From the NCBI GenBank assembly GCA_000934665.2, contig KZ538121.1:62001-119779 (forward strand): 57,779 bases of DNA, written 5' to 3'. The DNA comes from Catajapyx aquilonaris. Lineage: Eukaryota. Shown piece after piece: positions 36,684 through 50,379 of this stretch; within the stretch, counting starts at the first letter, position 1, and each line of letters opens with the position of its first letter. The position numbers were made by a program, and so were the translations under genes. Below the pieces are notes generated by a model. It worked only from the letters and a program-made list of their open reading frames with translations, was not told the origin of the DNA and made no database searches.

Positions 36684-36763
36684 ATGGAGGCCCCTTTGCC
36701 ACCCAGGTACCGTCTCCGGGACCTCATCCTTGGGGACTTCGCATTCGACGACGACGGACTAAG
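36684..36763 (+). CDS. KCNT: First coding exon (A) of a Slo2/KCNT Na+-activated K+ channel; the rest of the gene lies beyond the window
   Basis: MEAPLPPRYRLRDLILGDFAFDDDGL-R matches the KCNT2/Slack-A N-terminal motif PLPPRYRFRDLLLGD...DDR. It ends phase 2 at AAG|GTAAAG. Confidence 0.85.
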
Positions 36764-36825
36764 GTAAAGAAGGAGCGAGAAGGAGAGAGAAAAAAACATC
36801 AACATGTACGGTGCAGGCAACACTG

Positions 36826-37522
36826 TTGGTCACGTGATTCACATTGACAAATCCGGATGGTTGTCATCACTTGCGATCACGTGATTTAAATCAGCCAATC
36901 ATTTGGCCCCACGCTTGGTCACGTGATTCAAACTGTCCAATCCGGATGGCTGCAGTCGCGTGATTCAAATCGGCCAATCAGTTGGCACCACTCTTGGTCA
37001 CGTGATTCACACTGACCAATCCGGATGGTTGTCACCACTGTTTCAGTCACGTGATTCAAATCGGCCAATCAGTTGGCACCACTCTTGGTCACGTGATTCA
37101 AACAGTCCATTCAGGGTGGTTGTCGTCACTGTTGCAGTCACGTGATTCAAATCGGCCAATCAGTTGGCGCCACTCTTGGTCACGTGATTCAAACAGTCCA
37201 TTCAGGGTGGTTGTCGTCACTGTTGCAGTCACGTGATTCAAATCGGCCAATCAGTTGGCGCCACTCTTGGTCACGTGATTCAAACTGTCCAATCAGGGTG
37301 GTTGTCAACACTGTTGCAGTCACGTGATTCAAACCGGCCAATCCGGATGGTTTTCATCACTGTTACGGTGACGTGTTTAAATCGGCCAATCAGTTGGCAC
37401 CACTCTTGGTCACGTGATTCACACTGACCAATCAGGGTGGTTGCCACCACTGTTTCAGTCACGTGATTCAAATCGGCCAATCAGTTGGCACCACTTTGAT
37501 CACGTGATTCAAGCAGGCCAAT
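36826..37522. repeat. 91-bp (42+49) tandem array of E-box/CCAAT composite motifs
   Basis: About 14 TCACGTGATT motifs, mostly followed 11 nt later by CCAAT or CCATT. CACGTG occurs at 36999, 37048, 37090, 37139, 37181, 37230, 37272, 37321 and other positions. Confidence 0.93.
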
Positions 37523-40500
37523 CCCTGCGGCTTCTGATAAGAACTGCCTCTCTCCAATTGGCTCGTTTAGAGTGATGGTCAGCAGTGTCAGGTTTCAAGT
37601 AAGAGGGCCTTCAACTGTGGCATGTTGATGGTTATTCGCGTGTCTCTGTGTTATGAGGCCATTCTGAGAACCATAGTTGAAAGCCCTCGCACTTCATATT
37701 TTATAATTATGTGGGCTATAATTGGTTATACGTTTCTTTGCGTCCCTATACACATCGTGCTGATCACCTAGGTGCATGTATAGTTATAGTGGAGCGGCAG
37801 TAGTCTGAAGAGGAGGTGCCTATGAGCCAACTGGTAGTGGCCCATCGCACTACGTCCAATTGGAAGGGGCGGACCGAGCAGTGTTGCCAAATCTTTGTCA
37901 ACTACTAGTTAACAGTTGGCATATGATTCATAGTAGCAAGAGTGATAGTAGCCAATCCATGTTGGCTTCTGGATATCTTCATGTCATTGGCGCTACACGG
38001 TTATCGTAACTTGAAGTAACAGCATTTGATACAACAACAGTAAACATTGTAGCCAGCCCTGAAGATGCTGGAGATGCCAACGCCCTGCACTGTGTACGGG
38101 GAGGGTGTTCCCTATAGGGGTTAGAGTACGCGGTACACAGCCAGATGTGTCGAGGTTGCGCGCGTCATCACCATTCACAAGACTTGTATCCACTGCTGGC
38201 GTCGCACGTGTCAGACTATCGCAGACTATATACTGTTCCCATGGTTGCCGTCATCATCCGGATTTTCCGGAGATCGATAGACCCTACCATGTGCAATCAT
38301 CTCCCTTCCAGCAGATAAATTCTTGCATAACCAGCAGGCCCTATAATGGTCAACAATGATTAGCAGTTGTTATGCCAGGTCAGCACCAGCATCACAGATA
38401 GAATTGGCTAGGCGTGACTTTGTCCCTATACACGCGCTGACTCATCACCTGCGTGCATGTAGTTACACTTTCCGCTTGGAGTGGCAGTAGAAAATGGCAA
38501 AGGATGCGCGCCATCTGTTTGCGAGCATATTGTACTACGTTCAAGAGCGAGCCGAGCAGTGTTGCCAAGTTTTTTCTCTCACCATCGGAGGTGTAGGCCT
38601 TATTGTGGCAAAGTGGTTGATCCTGAAGCGCTGCTCATGCTTCCTATTCAATTAGAAGTCGACAGAGAGTGTAATTACATCCCGCCTCCCCCTAATTATC
38701 GGCATTCACGACATGGCCTCCCTCCTCCCAAGTATAACGAGAGCAAAATCTGGTCAGCTTTTCACCACGTGCGCCAGATGCCTCTCTCGTTATGTTATTA
38801 TTACGCGTCAAATTCCGATAATAAATTGAGCAGAGGCGGTGCCATTGCGTGATTGCCAGATCCACACAGAAAAATCCTTCGTGTCACAGGCACACCGCGA
38901 AAATAATCAACAGTTAAGCTGATGACTATGGTTTGGTGCACGGATCATGCCCCAGTTAAAAAGGTCTCGGTTAAGGTCGACAGGCAGAAGTGTCGAGACT
39001 GCCGCGGTTATAGTTGGGGTGTGCTACGCCTCTGGTGCGTCCCAACGCACCAAGGCACACGCATACAATGAGGTGAGTGTCTTTCGTAGTTTAAATCGTA
39101 CTGTCCGAAACTTGGCAACACCGCCCGGGCACCAGACTGTCCACATAGTACCTTACTTCGCTCATAGATGGCGCACCATCTCTCTCTGCACAGTGCTGCC
39201 ACTCTCAGGTGGAAGAAAAGTGGACTGACTTCGCTCATAGATGGCGCACGTCCCTCTCTGCACACTACTGCCACTCAGGCTCAGGTGGCAGAAAGCGGTA
39301 CGACATGGCTGATGACTCGTCGCGGACAAACAGAATGCGGATCAATCAGTGATACATTTTAAGTGCCACAAACCAATCGGGCGATGCAGGTACTTGCCAG
39401 TCCGTTGCTCCTGCATCTGCAGAGTGGTGCCATTGTTGGCTCTAAAACGTCCTCCAGGGAGCCATAATGTTAGACTGGGAAGTGGGTGACGTTTGCCCCA
39501 CTTCATACCCCCCTTTAATGGGCTTGAAAACCCAGGCTGGCGGAGAAGAGGATGGCATTACACAGGCTTGGGAGGAGACGTCTCAAAAGCCTCGAGGAAG
39601 GTCAGGCTGGAATAACAGAGTCTGCGGTGTTTCCCCCCACCACAAGAACCGATCCTTTTAACTTGGCTTAACCTGCATGCCAACTGCGCAGCGGTTAAGT
39701 CGATTAGATGTCCAAAAGCTGGCGAAACGTCGGGTATTTAATCAGCTGACTTATGTGACCAGCAGCGGTGTCATATTACATCTCAAGTAATACCGTGAGG
39801 AAATAACATCGAAGCAAAAAGCATCGTGTGACCTTTCGTTTCTTTCAACTTGTAAGGCCTTCAACTATACACAGCAGAGTAGCCATCTGAATCACTCAAG
39901 CCTTACTGGTAGGTCTACACCGTTTCCCACTCATTAAAACTTCAAGCGAAAGGTAAACATGCGCAACTAGAGAAGTTTGCCACCTGCAGGGCGAGTGACC
40001 CTATGGCCCTAATTAAATTAATTAGTGGAGAAGCAGCTAGTGGCTCCGGGATGGGCTTTAAAAAAATGGGCGTTATTACATTAACAGTAGGCTACTGTTT
40101 AAAATTGTGCGAGTCTGCAGGGTACATCACATTAATTGCAGTCATACTCAGACGGGACTTGAATAAACTCCCAAAGGTACAGTCCACCTTGTAAACCCAT
40201 TGCCAAAATTTGGCAACACTGCCTGATCTTCCGACTGTCCACATAGTACCTTACTTCGCTCATAGATGGCGTACCCTCCCTATCTGCACAGTGCTGCCAC
40301 TCTCAGGCGGAGGAAAATGGTACTACATGCTCATAGATGGCGCATCCTTCCTCTCTGCACAGTGATGCCACTCTCAGGCTTGTACGAGAGGAAGTGGTAC
40401 TACCAGCTCGGACAAACATCAGACGGAACGACAAAAGCCAATATCGTGTTATACTTGGTCTGGATTGTGAATCCGACTCTGTTTGACGTCAATCCTTCCC

Positions 40501-42599
40501 ATATTGTGCAGGGCTAATGCTTTTTGATCCAATTCTATCGGGAAGTACCGTACCTCTGGGGAAATATAGTTTAGCATTGAGAGGGGGATAACAAGAGGAC
40601 TTTTGCGTGCAATATAACACCGAGGGATATCCGTGGAGAGGGCAGGAAAAACCAATGAATTTCTATAGTGTGCCATCAACACCATGCCCTTTGATGTCAA
40701 GCCGTACTTTCAGATACAAAGGCACGTCGTTTCAATAGAACTCATGCTCTTAATTTCGGCGCGTAATTAGATTAAAAACGAGTGTGCGCACATTAAATTA
40801 ATCGCAATTAGGTGGTATTACCACGGCCTGGTTGAAAGCAGACGAAAATGTTCCCAGAGAAATCCGAGCCAATCGTCGTGAACCGTGCAAATTTTTGGTG
40901 GAATCCAGCCAGTTGGCCCGGGTCAGATTGTCTTAAATTAATGTCTGCTGAATACTCCTGAATATATTTTAAGTAATGTCAGATTGCCGCAGCTCAAACC
41001 TTGCCCCCCCTTTTTTTTTCTCTCAAAAATTCATGTGACGTAACCAGTCGCATTTTCGTACAGGGTGTTTCATAGTGATTCAAACTTGTGCAATTATGGA
41101 ACAACCTGTGGTGAGTTTGAAAAACGAGGGGCATGTCCAGGGGTTACATATACATTATGTAGTGTGCGTGAGTCGTCTTTTTTTTGGATCAACCAGGCGT
41201 GCAGATAGACCGTGGCGTGTGCTTGGGTTACTATACGAGACAGGCCATACCGATGTTCTCCAGAGCCGATACGCATCGGTTATAGGTGTACTAACAGGCA
41301 GTGTGTCTGGACCGGAAGAGTTGCGATTAAAATTAATGAGGCATGTCGCTCGATTGTTTTTTAAATTGTTAAAATGTCAGTTGCATGGACATCACGTCGA
41401 ATATTGTCATCACAAGTATTGGCAATATTGTTCCGGAAATACATGGCACTAATAGGGATTATCCTACATGTTATGTAACCCCCACACGTCGTCTAACCAG
41501 CCGGATATTCCCTATACATCACATAGATTGTCTCCGGCTGGTCGGATGATCCAGTGTACTAAATCTGGGACGCAATTATGCTTAATTGGTTACAGGCCAT
41601 TACGCAATTAATTACATGTTCGCGCATCTCTTCCTCCTGAAAATTGCGGACACGGAATTTTCGAGCTCCTTTTAAAAGTTCGCAATTTGGTCCAGCGTAA
41701 TTAGTTAATGACCGTGAGATAGACGTGAACAATTTTTAAGAGACGAAAGTAGCGCATTAATTATATTTTGTTAACCTGCAGAAAACTCCAGAGACACCAA
41801 TTCGCGTTGGGAATTTAATTACCGTATCTGCTATTAGTGCAAAAAAAATCGTGCGAAAAACTGCGACCAAGTCTGCTGAGAGAGGAGCAACGACCTGCAA
41901 AAAAAGGGGGCTTTGATATCTCAAATCCAACTTAATTTTATTTATGTTTACATACCCTAATTTCGCTGCATTAACCCCCCTACTACATCCTAATTAGACC
42001 TAAATTAACCACCATTTTTGCATTTTACTTTATGTCGGCAACCGTTGGCTTTACGATGACGTTTCTCCCCAAATTTTTCTCGTACTTTTTTATTTATCCT
42101 GTTATTGGCAATTTCATGTCCGACTTGTACTCTTTGAAATGCCAATATTCGCAATAATATTTGTCAGATTGCTGCTAAATTCCCTCGTAATACTATAGGG
42201 CAAAAGGAGCAGTTAAATTAGGTCGTTCCCACAAAGTAAAGCAAACACTACCGTACTTCCTATAAACGGCTGGTTTAAAAAAAGAGTGGCTAAATCAATG
42301 GGGATATTGATTGGAAGCCAATTGGGCCTCGGAAGCACCTGACGTCACCATCAGGCTGACATGTCAGATCAGCACTCGGGATCCTTTCATTTTTGGCCCA
42401 GTTCCTACTGACCTCAAGAGTCGATTGATCTTGGCTTAATCATCGATTTATAGGTAACAAAATAAGTCTAAAATGTGGGGTGATCAATGTCACGTTACTC
42501 ACGTAGTAGCTTATGCAAGGACTGTAGTGACCCTGTTGACCAAATTTGGCAACACTGCCCAGTCCGCCCCCAAATTAGACGTAGTACGATATGCGATCG

Positions 42600-42821
42600 G
42601 ATAGATTGGGCCAAAACTAGTCGAAAATGTAGATGTTTAAAATGTCGAGAAACGAAACTGTAATGGCCAAAATGACGTCAAACTTTTATATCACGCGTGC
42701 CATCTGGTTGTGGCACTATCAACCAGATGATATAAAAGTTTGATGTCATTTAGCTCATTGCTGTTTCGTTTCTCGACATTTTTAACATCTACATTTTCGA
42801 CAGGTTTTGGTCCAATCTATC
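42600..42821. mobile_element. Palindromic MITE inserted into a copy of the dispersed repeat
   Basis: GATAGATTGGGCCAAAAC..GTCGAAAATGTAGATG pairs with CATCTACATTTTCGAC..GTTTTGGTCCAATCTATC, with arms of about 90 bp. Confidence 0.82.
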
Positions 42822-44490
42822 GAATGGCGTCTGCAGTTTTGACTCACCATGTATGTAACAGGGATATGCCGAAATTGACATTTAAGCTTCCACCACGCTG
42901 CTCACTATGTGCCAACAATCTCTGTGACACTCGCGTATCGATCAGGTGTAATGAGCATGTACAATGAGCCCGAAATTGAGCTGTCAGTTGCCCATACATT
43001 GCACACGACACGAACATATTGATCATCGATTGAAAATGGGGTGTGTACAACAGTATTTATGCGTTTTGAAGCGGCGCCAAAAGTTTGCGGGAACCCGAAT
43101 TTTTTTGGTTTAATAATAAATGATGAATGCAAGGCGTCAAGGCCTGGTTTCTCATATGGTACACATGTTCATTACGCATCGATCACCTACTAAAAATAAT
43201 GGCCACTGCAATTTACACCGTTTGGTGGTCTGCCTCACCAAATCGCTAATTCAACCAAGTGTCCAAAATAACTGTAAAACGTTCAAGCAATTGCGCTAAT
43301 TGGTTTTTTAAAAGTAACAAGCCTGTTACTTCCACACAAAAAAAATCGCCGAACCTGACTCCTGAACCGCATAGCAGATAGTGAAAGTAAAGATCGGGCG
43401 GTCCAAAGGTAAACGAACTCTTGAGAGGCAAAAATGTCGTGAGAATCCGGGGAAATCCGGAGATATTCCGTACACATATTCTTCCGGTGATTCCCCTTGA
43501 GGCACTGCCTTTAATGTGATTTTTATCTTCACGTAACTCTATCTCGTCGTCGTAATATTACACGCCCTGCTGTGCATCTCCTATTTGCGATGAGAGGCAC
43601 GTTTCGTCTCCCTTCGAGAGACATCCTGTCCCCGCCAACAATAGACCGACGTTGGCTTTTATAGTCCGTCGTGCAGTGTTGCCAGCTCGTCATGTTTATC
43701 CGTTCCCCCCCAGTTTTTTTTTGGCTACCCTCAGGGGAGATTCACTGACTGGCAAGCCCTTATTGAGCCGGAACCCAATCGTCACGCCGCATCGCTCGCT
43801 GCTGGAAAAGTGGGGCGTCGCGACGCTGCCGACGCTGATAACACTGATAGACTTTGCAAAAGTATAGTGAGATATATATCACTTGAGAAGTAGCGAGGAG
43901 TTGCTTTTGACTGTCGCTCATAGATGGCGCTTCCTCCCTCTCTGCACACTGCTGCCACTCGGGTCTCGCGGGGGAAAGTGGTACTACATGCGGCTAGGTG
44001 ATGACTCACCGCGGACCATATTATTCTGATGCGGTTTGTTCAGAGAGAAAAAAAATTACAAATCAGCAATAGCAGATGACAATCACTGTAATTTGTCTGG
44101 TTCATTTTTTGCACATTTTTCAGAAGAATGGGTACAATTATAGCAGCAATTATATTTTTATGGCGCTGTAATTGCACTTTTGGAGATAACGGCACCACCG
44201 AAATATGTGCGGCTCCCATTGTGTCGACCAGTAAAAATTGGAGTTCGATATTTTCTGGAGCGCAATTACGACGCGAAATAATGTGCACGGAGATTCGAAT
44301 CTTTTTGCGGGGCAATTTTCTGCTCGTTGTGGGACTCCTCCAAAGTGTTATTACATCTACCACACAAACCTCGTTCGAAAAAGCACGACCCCCACGTCGT
44401 AGTTAAACCGCACGGATAAGGATTTATGACACCCTCGGTGGCTGGCTCGTAAAAGTCTGATTCTTGTACTTGTCTGTTACATCAACACAA

Positions 44491-44837
44491 ATTAAAATGG
44501 ACAATCTTCAATAATTGAAGATTGTCCATTTTAATGCTTTAATTTGTTATATGGTTCATATCATTTGGACAGTTGCTCTTCAATATATTGAACACTTCGA
44601 GCACTTTCTGTGGAATTGGTTGTATGAAAAATGCAAATTTGGAAAATTCTCTCGAATAGTTCAACATAATAATTATGTTGAACTCTTTACTTAGAACTCT
44701 TACTTAGAGAGAATTTTACTTGAACTTACTTACTTAAAGAGAATTTCCATTTGCATTTTTCATACAATCAATTCCCCAGAAAGTGTTTGAAGTGTTCAAT
44801 ATATTGAAGAGCAACTGTGCAATTGATATGAACCATA
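44491..44837. mobile_element. Perfect 21-bp hairpin followed by a ~290-bp foldback MITE
   Basis: ATTAAAATGGACAATCTTCAA-taa-TTGAAGATTGTCCATTTTAAT at 44491-44535. TATGGTTCATATCA...TGATATGAACCATA with ~100-bp arms at 44550-44837. Confidence 0.82.
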
Positions 44838-45927
44838 GACAATATTATTAATAACATCAATGATATGAACATAAATTAGCCAAAATATGTTATTAAATAT
44901 TTAAATTAATAATTAATACCACAGGCTGTGTCTTTACAAGGTATTTTTGTTCAAATTGCGCTGTTAATTAATCAGATTGCGCTGATTGGTGTTTTCGCTG
45001 TTGTCCTAAGGAGCAATGGACCGAAAGACAGCCGGATCATATCACAGTCTGTTATTGCCCAATATGAGTGTTATTACTTCCGAAAATGGAAGAAAAACAC
45101 ATTAATAACAGCGTCGTTTATGGTCAGCCCCCCCTTTGGTCTTTCCGCGGCTTGTTAAGCCCCATTTTACGACTTTGTCGTCCCCCACATGAAGTGCTCG
45201 ACCCCGGATGGACATCTGACCGGAAAGAGACCGAATAATTCAATCAAAGTGAGGGACGTCCCTGTGGGTGTTTCCCCGAGGGCGTCGGTCCTGTCCAGGC
45301 GTAACGAGCGTCCCTCGAGAGCGATATAATCCGGGAGCGTCTAATGGTGGCGACGCGGGTGGCCGCCGATTCTTCAGGGCGCCATTTGACTACACGTAGT
45401 TCCGGTCGTGGCCGACAGATGGCGTGAGAGTGCCGGGGGAAGGTTTCAGATGCGGTGTTGCCACTGTGCGCGTCCCATTTGATGTGTCCGAACTGTCCCA
45501 TTTGTCCCCAACAATGTACGCCGGATATGTACACAATTTTTGAAGGCATTTTAAAGCCGTTCTAGACCAGTTAATCTCATTGTATGTACCGGTTTTACTA
45601 GAGTGAATGACTAAAAGCTGGCAGCACCGACTATAGCTTGCGAATCGATAGGCGTCAGTTTAGCACCCGGAAGAAGAGTTTTAGGGGTCACGTTATTAAA
45701 CTATGGTTTTTTATATCCTGTGCAGTTAATGCACGCTCGTTGGAGATTAGGCATGTAAAATTACATGTGTGTGAATGAGAGGGGGGTTAAATTATTCAAT
45801 GTGTGATACTGTAAAGCGATAGCTGCTCACCGATCCGTGTGCACACGTGTTACATTGCGACACAGTTTAGCACGTACAGCAATTAAATTGGCAAAGAAAT
45901 TTTAAAAGATATCAACTTAATATTACT

Positions 45928-45932
<5 letters not shown>

Positions 45933-45958
<26 letters not shown>

Positions 45959-46245
45959 TTTACCCCGTGATAGAGCCATTGGCTCCCTTAGGGGGGGAGT
46001 TGATCCCAATTTTTTTTGTCAGGAACTCTTTGCTTTTTACTTTTTGATTCACTTTTTGGGAATGGATAGGGATGGAAGGAAGCGGCTGTGGCCTGTTAAT
46101 TACGGAAACAACTCCGGAATTTTCCTGGAGGGACCGTGGGAAACCACAGAAAACCACGGTCAGAGTTGCCGGTCCCGGGATTTGATCCCCGGACCTCCCG
46201 ATTAGCAGCCGGACACCATATCCCCTCACCTACTGCTGCTTCGGT
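45933..46245 (-). mobile_element. tRNA-derived SINE with (TTA)n tail and 16-bp target-site duplication
   Basis: tRNA-like head with B-box-like GGATCAAATCCC, body GGTTTTCTGTGGTTTCCC...AGGCCACAGCCGCTTCCTTCC typical of insect SINEs, and an (ATT)n tail. TTAATATTACTATAGT is duplicated at 45917-45932 and 46246-46261. Confidence 0.92.
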
Positions 46246-48304
46246 TTAATATTACTATAGTCCGAATATGACATGACTTTTGTACTGTTTTTTTAATATT
46301 TTGAAAGAGCAGCTATTTATAATGCTCACACGGTTATTACGAGGACCTTGGCGCATAAATCGGGCATAAAGCACTCTAGTGCTCTAATTAGTTTTTTTTT
46401 TTTTTTTGCCAAAGCCAGTTTATCATGCTGACAGTAATAATTATCCGGCCAAATTACCCCGCAATTAGTTACCGGCTGGAGACTAGGGATTAAACCTTTG
46501 CAACAGTTGTGTACATTTTATTAATATTTGTAAAAAAGTGTGTCCAAAAAGGGTGCTGTCAAATGTATAAAATTGGCTGTGACTCTGTCCGCGTGAGTCA
46601 TCAGTGTGAGAAATGGTACCACACAGTTCGGCAACCTGGATGTATACATTTTTCAGGATATCCCACTGTTGCAATGCATAAATCATCCGTAATTGTCGCG
46701 CAAGTAAACACAAAGTGCGCTCAATATTACTGGAAGTGCCAATAAGCCCAAAAAGGTCGGAAGTTATATGTTCTGTATAAACCTGCTCATTTTGATTTCT
46801 GGTTAGTTCCTATTCGATCTGTTTCTCCTAGGAATATGGGTAGAGATAAGGCGTCGTCCCAGTGTTTACTCTTCCTATATATTATGGAGGTGAGGGCCAA
46901 ATAGGAGAATCTACTCTCCTGAGGTGGTGGGGGGGTGGTATATAGACTCAATTCCCACCCAGCGAAGTGACCTCATTTTATGTTCTTACGTAGAAAGAGT
47001 GCTCCCTTGTTGGCTGGGAACCAACTGCGACTTTGGAGTTCATAAAGGGGCGACAAAGTGACCATTCTGCACCTTCCACAGCGACCATCACCATTACACT
47101 ACTACTACTATATACTCCCATTTTTAACAGTTAGAAACGACGCCACAATAATAGTCACCTGCTGGACGTCCTTGTGCGAAAAAGCCAGTTGTAAATATTA
47201 CGAGAGAAGCGAAGGATTTTAAAATATATATATTTTTTTAAAAATCAAGAGTACAACATAATGACGTCATTGGAAGCCCTGACGTCACAGTTGTGGCGTC
47301 ACTATAGCAGTTCCCTGTGAGGACTATCGATTCGTAGCAAAGGCTACACTGAGGGGTTGGAATTACCCTGCGTACAGACTCTCATTACATGTGGTTTGTA
47401 ATCCTAAACCGCCATGATTTAAATATATTCTGTCTCACGAACTATGGCTAATTTTTTTGTTTAAAAAAAGTGCGCGAGTTGACATCGTGGCGTGACGTCA
47501 GAATTGCGAATCTCTCGTGAATAATTAGCCAGCCTTGTTAGCGGGCGTGGATAGCAAGGCCGTGGATAAAACCAGGATATTTTTAATTAATGCTCCTTAA
47601 TTGTCGCAATTAACCACACACGAGAGCTACTAGGGGGGAGTTGAGATGCTGCAGAAACAAGCGTGGCAACCGCGCAGGTCCACCCCCCGCCCCACCCACC
47701 CCTTTTGCCCACCTCCCAAAAACGCCCGGTCCAAAATCCGGAGCCAGTTGGCCAGGAAAATCCGGAGTTCCATGGAGACATCAGGTGCGGGTTGCCTACA
47801 AGACATCTCGACAGTCACTGGTGGGGGACACTGTGTTGCCTCGGAGTGTATCGCGACAAATCCGGGGTTATCCGGGTTTAAAAAAAATTTAACAACTGTG
47901 ATCGGGTTACGGCTACTGTCACGCACATTTGTCACGGAGTAACGGCTAGTGTTACGCATAGGAAAAAAGCAGTATCTGCAAGATTGGCGCATTTCTACGC
48001 TCAAATCAGTAGAAAATCAGCAATAAATAATCAGAAAAATATGCCATTTTTTGCGCATTTAGCAGAGTAATGGCGAGTGTTTCGCATGGCCAAATTCGCC
48101 AAAAAATAGTGCGATTTTTTAAATATAATGTACGGTGAATGTTACGCGCATTTTCAAGCATCTCCCTGGATTTCCTAAATGGTGTGAACTACTTACGACA
48201 TTATTTTGGTAGTAACACGGGCCAAATTCAAGTCAAAAACTGTTTGTAAACACTTACTACTATTTATTTATATTCACTAACCATTTTTGGTGGGGTTACG
48301 ATAC

Positions 48305-48518
48305 GTTAGGTTAGTGTTACTATGGGTTAGGATAGGGTTAGGATGGTTTAGAGTGGTTTAGGGTGGTTTAGGACGGGGTTAGGTTAGGTTAGGTTAGGAT
48401 GGTTTAGAGGGGTTTAGGGTGGTTTAGGGTGGTTTAGGACGGGGTTAGGTTAGGTTAGGTTAGGTTAGGATGGTTTAGAGTGGTTTAGGACGGGGTTAGG
48501 TTAGGTTAGGTTAGGTTA
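48305..48518 (+). repeat. Interstitial (TTAGG)n-like tract with GGTTTAGGGT variants
   Basis: Runs of TTAGG interleaved with GGATGGTTTAGAG(T/G)GGTTTAGG in a higher-order repeat. Confidence 0.9.
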
Positions 48519-50379
48519 AATCGGTTCAGATTACACATACTTTGTCAACTGTTTACCTTTGTGAATCCAGAAAGAGTAACCTTAACTGTAATATTGTCGT
48601 GATAAAATCGTATATAGCTACGCCCTTTTTTCGTGAATCCGAATGATCGACAGTGATCATTGACTCGGTCGCGTGTTATTGAAACTAAACATGCGTGTCT
48701 GGATTAATACACCTTTAGCTTAAACCCACACCCCCCTCGACATTTTATGAAGCCCGTGACCTTTTCAACGCCGCTTGCAGGGCAAGGTCAATTCCAAAAA
48801 AGTGGGTCGGTACACCACCAAGGGTTTGTGTATATACAACATCGTGTACAGAGGGGGGGTTGAATTGTCCGCAACGAAATCCCGCAATTTCCACATGTCC
48901 GCATCGGAAGTGGCAAGTCGATAGGTTCGTTCCATCTCGCTACACCCCCCCCTTGTCACAGGCCTCACTTTTTCAAGATGAAAAGATCACCCGAGGGAAG
49001 TGAAAAGGAAGCTGCAGTCAACAATAGAACCATTGTTTCAAAGACAAGTTGGCTGTAATAAACTCTGCGGGGCTGAATTTGTGCAACCTCGTTGGAAAAG
49101 TGGGCTGATCTTTACTACGCGGCGTAAAGTAGCACCCGCTTACCCTTTATCCTCTCAACAATTTGGGTGGTATGCAGGGCTTATTGACACTTGCCTTTTT
49201 TTTGCTCTAATTATTGCGAATCCCTGCTCGGCGTCAACTCAAGTTACGCATTGATTCCTCGTGTAGCGCAATTGGCATGGCCCCACTTCCCCCCGCCAGC
49301 CAGTTGGACCAACAAACGGTTGTAGCGACCGAACATTCCATTACGATGTAATTAGAATGTTACACGGTGCCTTTGTTTTTCCTCTGGGAGGAACCCCTCG
49401 ATTTAATTGGCCACACTGTAGAACCACAGAATGTTGTAAAATACACGCAATTTTTTTTCAACTAGAAAAACCCTCGTTTCGCTCGAATTTATATGCCTGC
49501 GGTTAGAGAAACACTCGTTTCGCTCGGAGAAATGTTGCTGGGGTCAACAATCCACAATTCATTCGTTTCGTAGGATGTCGGTCTTACAATGTTCTTGTGT
49601 ATCCAAAGAAACGTGACCGATACGGACAAACTCGGTTTACAGGCGCATCTATTAAGTCGTTCCCATTGTCTCCAGCTGCCTTTGAAATCTGAAGAGAGTG
49701 TTCCCCAAAGGAAGTATTGTCTCTTATAAAAAAGGACGCGGTGCACACGGTCGGAATGTCTCAAAATGTTTTTTTTTTTTGTCCGTCTTTATTTACATGG
49801 CCGTCGGCGGTCGATACGGAATGCAAACCAAACTCCAGGAGAAAGAAGCTCTTTCATCCTGACGTAGTAAGCAGTGCTCTCAGTCTCTTTATTGCTAGTA
49901 GAGCCAGTTAGAGCCGGTATAAAAGATGTGGATGGGGCTCACAGCAGGTGATGAACCTGAAGGAAATTTATATGGCAACACCGCGGGCGATTTGTCAACA
50001 CCGCGGGAGTAATCTCAAGGCCACTGCTTGCAGCGCCGACTACCGGGTTAGTCAGGCAACTCAGAGCTGATCCGCTCACTTGAAAATTCGGCGGAAATGG
50101 GGTCTCGGATTTTTCGCCCCCGCCGGTTCGCCCCCGGACATTTCGCCCCCAGCATGCAACAGGGCCCACTTCGTCGCGTAGTAAAGATCAGCACTCATTT
50201 CCGACATTGTGTATACATACTCCGTTATTCCGTGGCACAGTGTGCTTGTAGAGTAGCTTCCAGTGTTTGGCTAATAATTTACAGTGCGGTGTGACCACAC
50301 TGGAAATAATTGTGGAGTGTGACGTCAAGTGGTGTGACAGAGAGAGATTTGGGTGGTTGTCAGCATCCGCCGCTAGGAT

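Noticed and set aside
36826..37522. CRISPR-like repeat/spacer appearance and four near-identical ORFs
   Set aside because: The spacers are themselves repeated, the context is eukaryotic and no cas genes are present. The ORFs are by-products of the 91-bp period.
46170..46245. tRNA gene
   Set aside because: Degenerate tRNA-like head of the SINE, with no clean cloverleaf.
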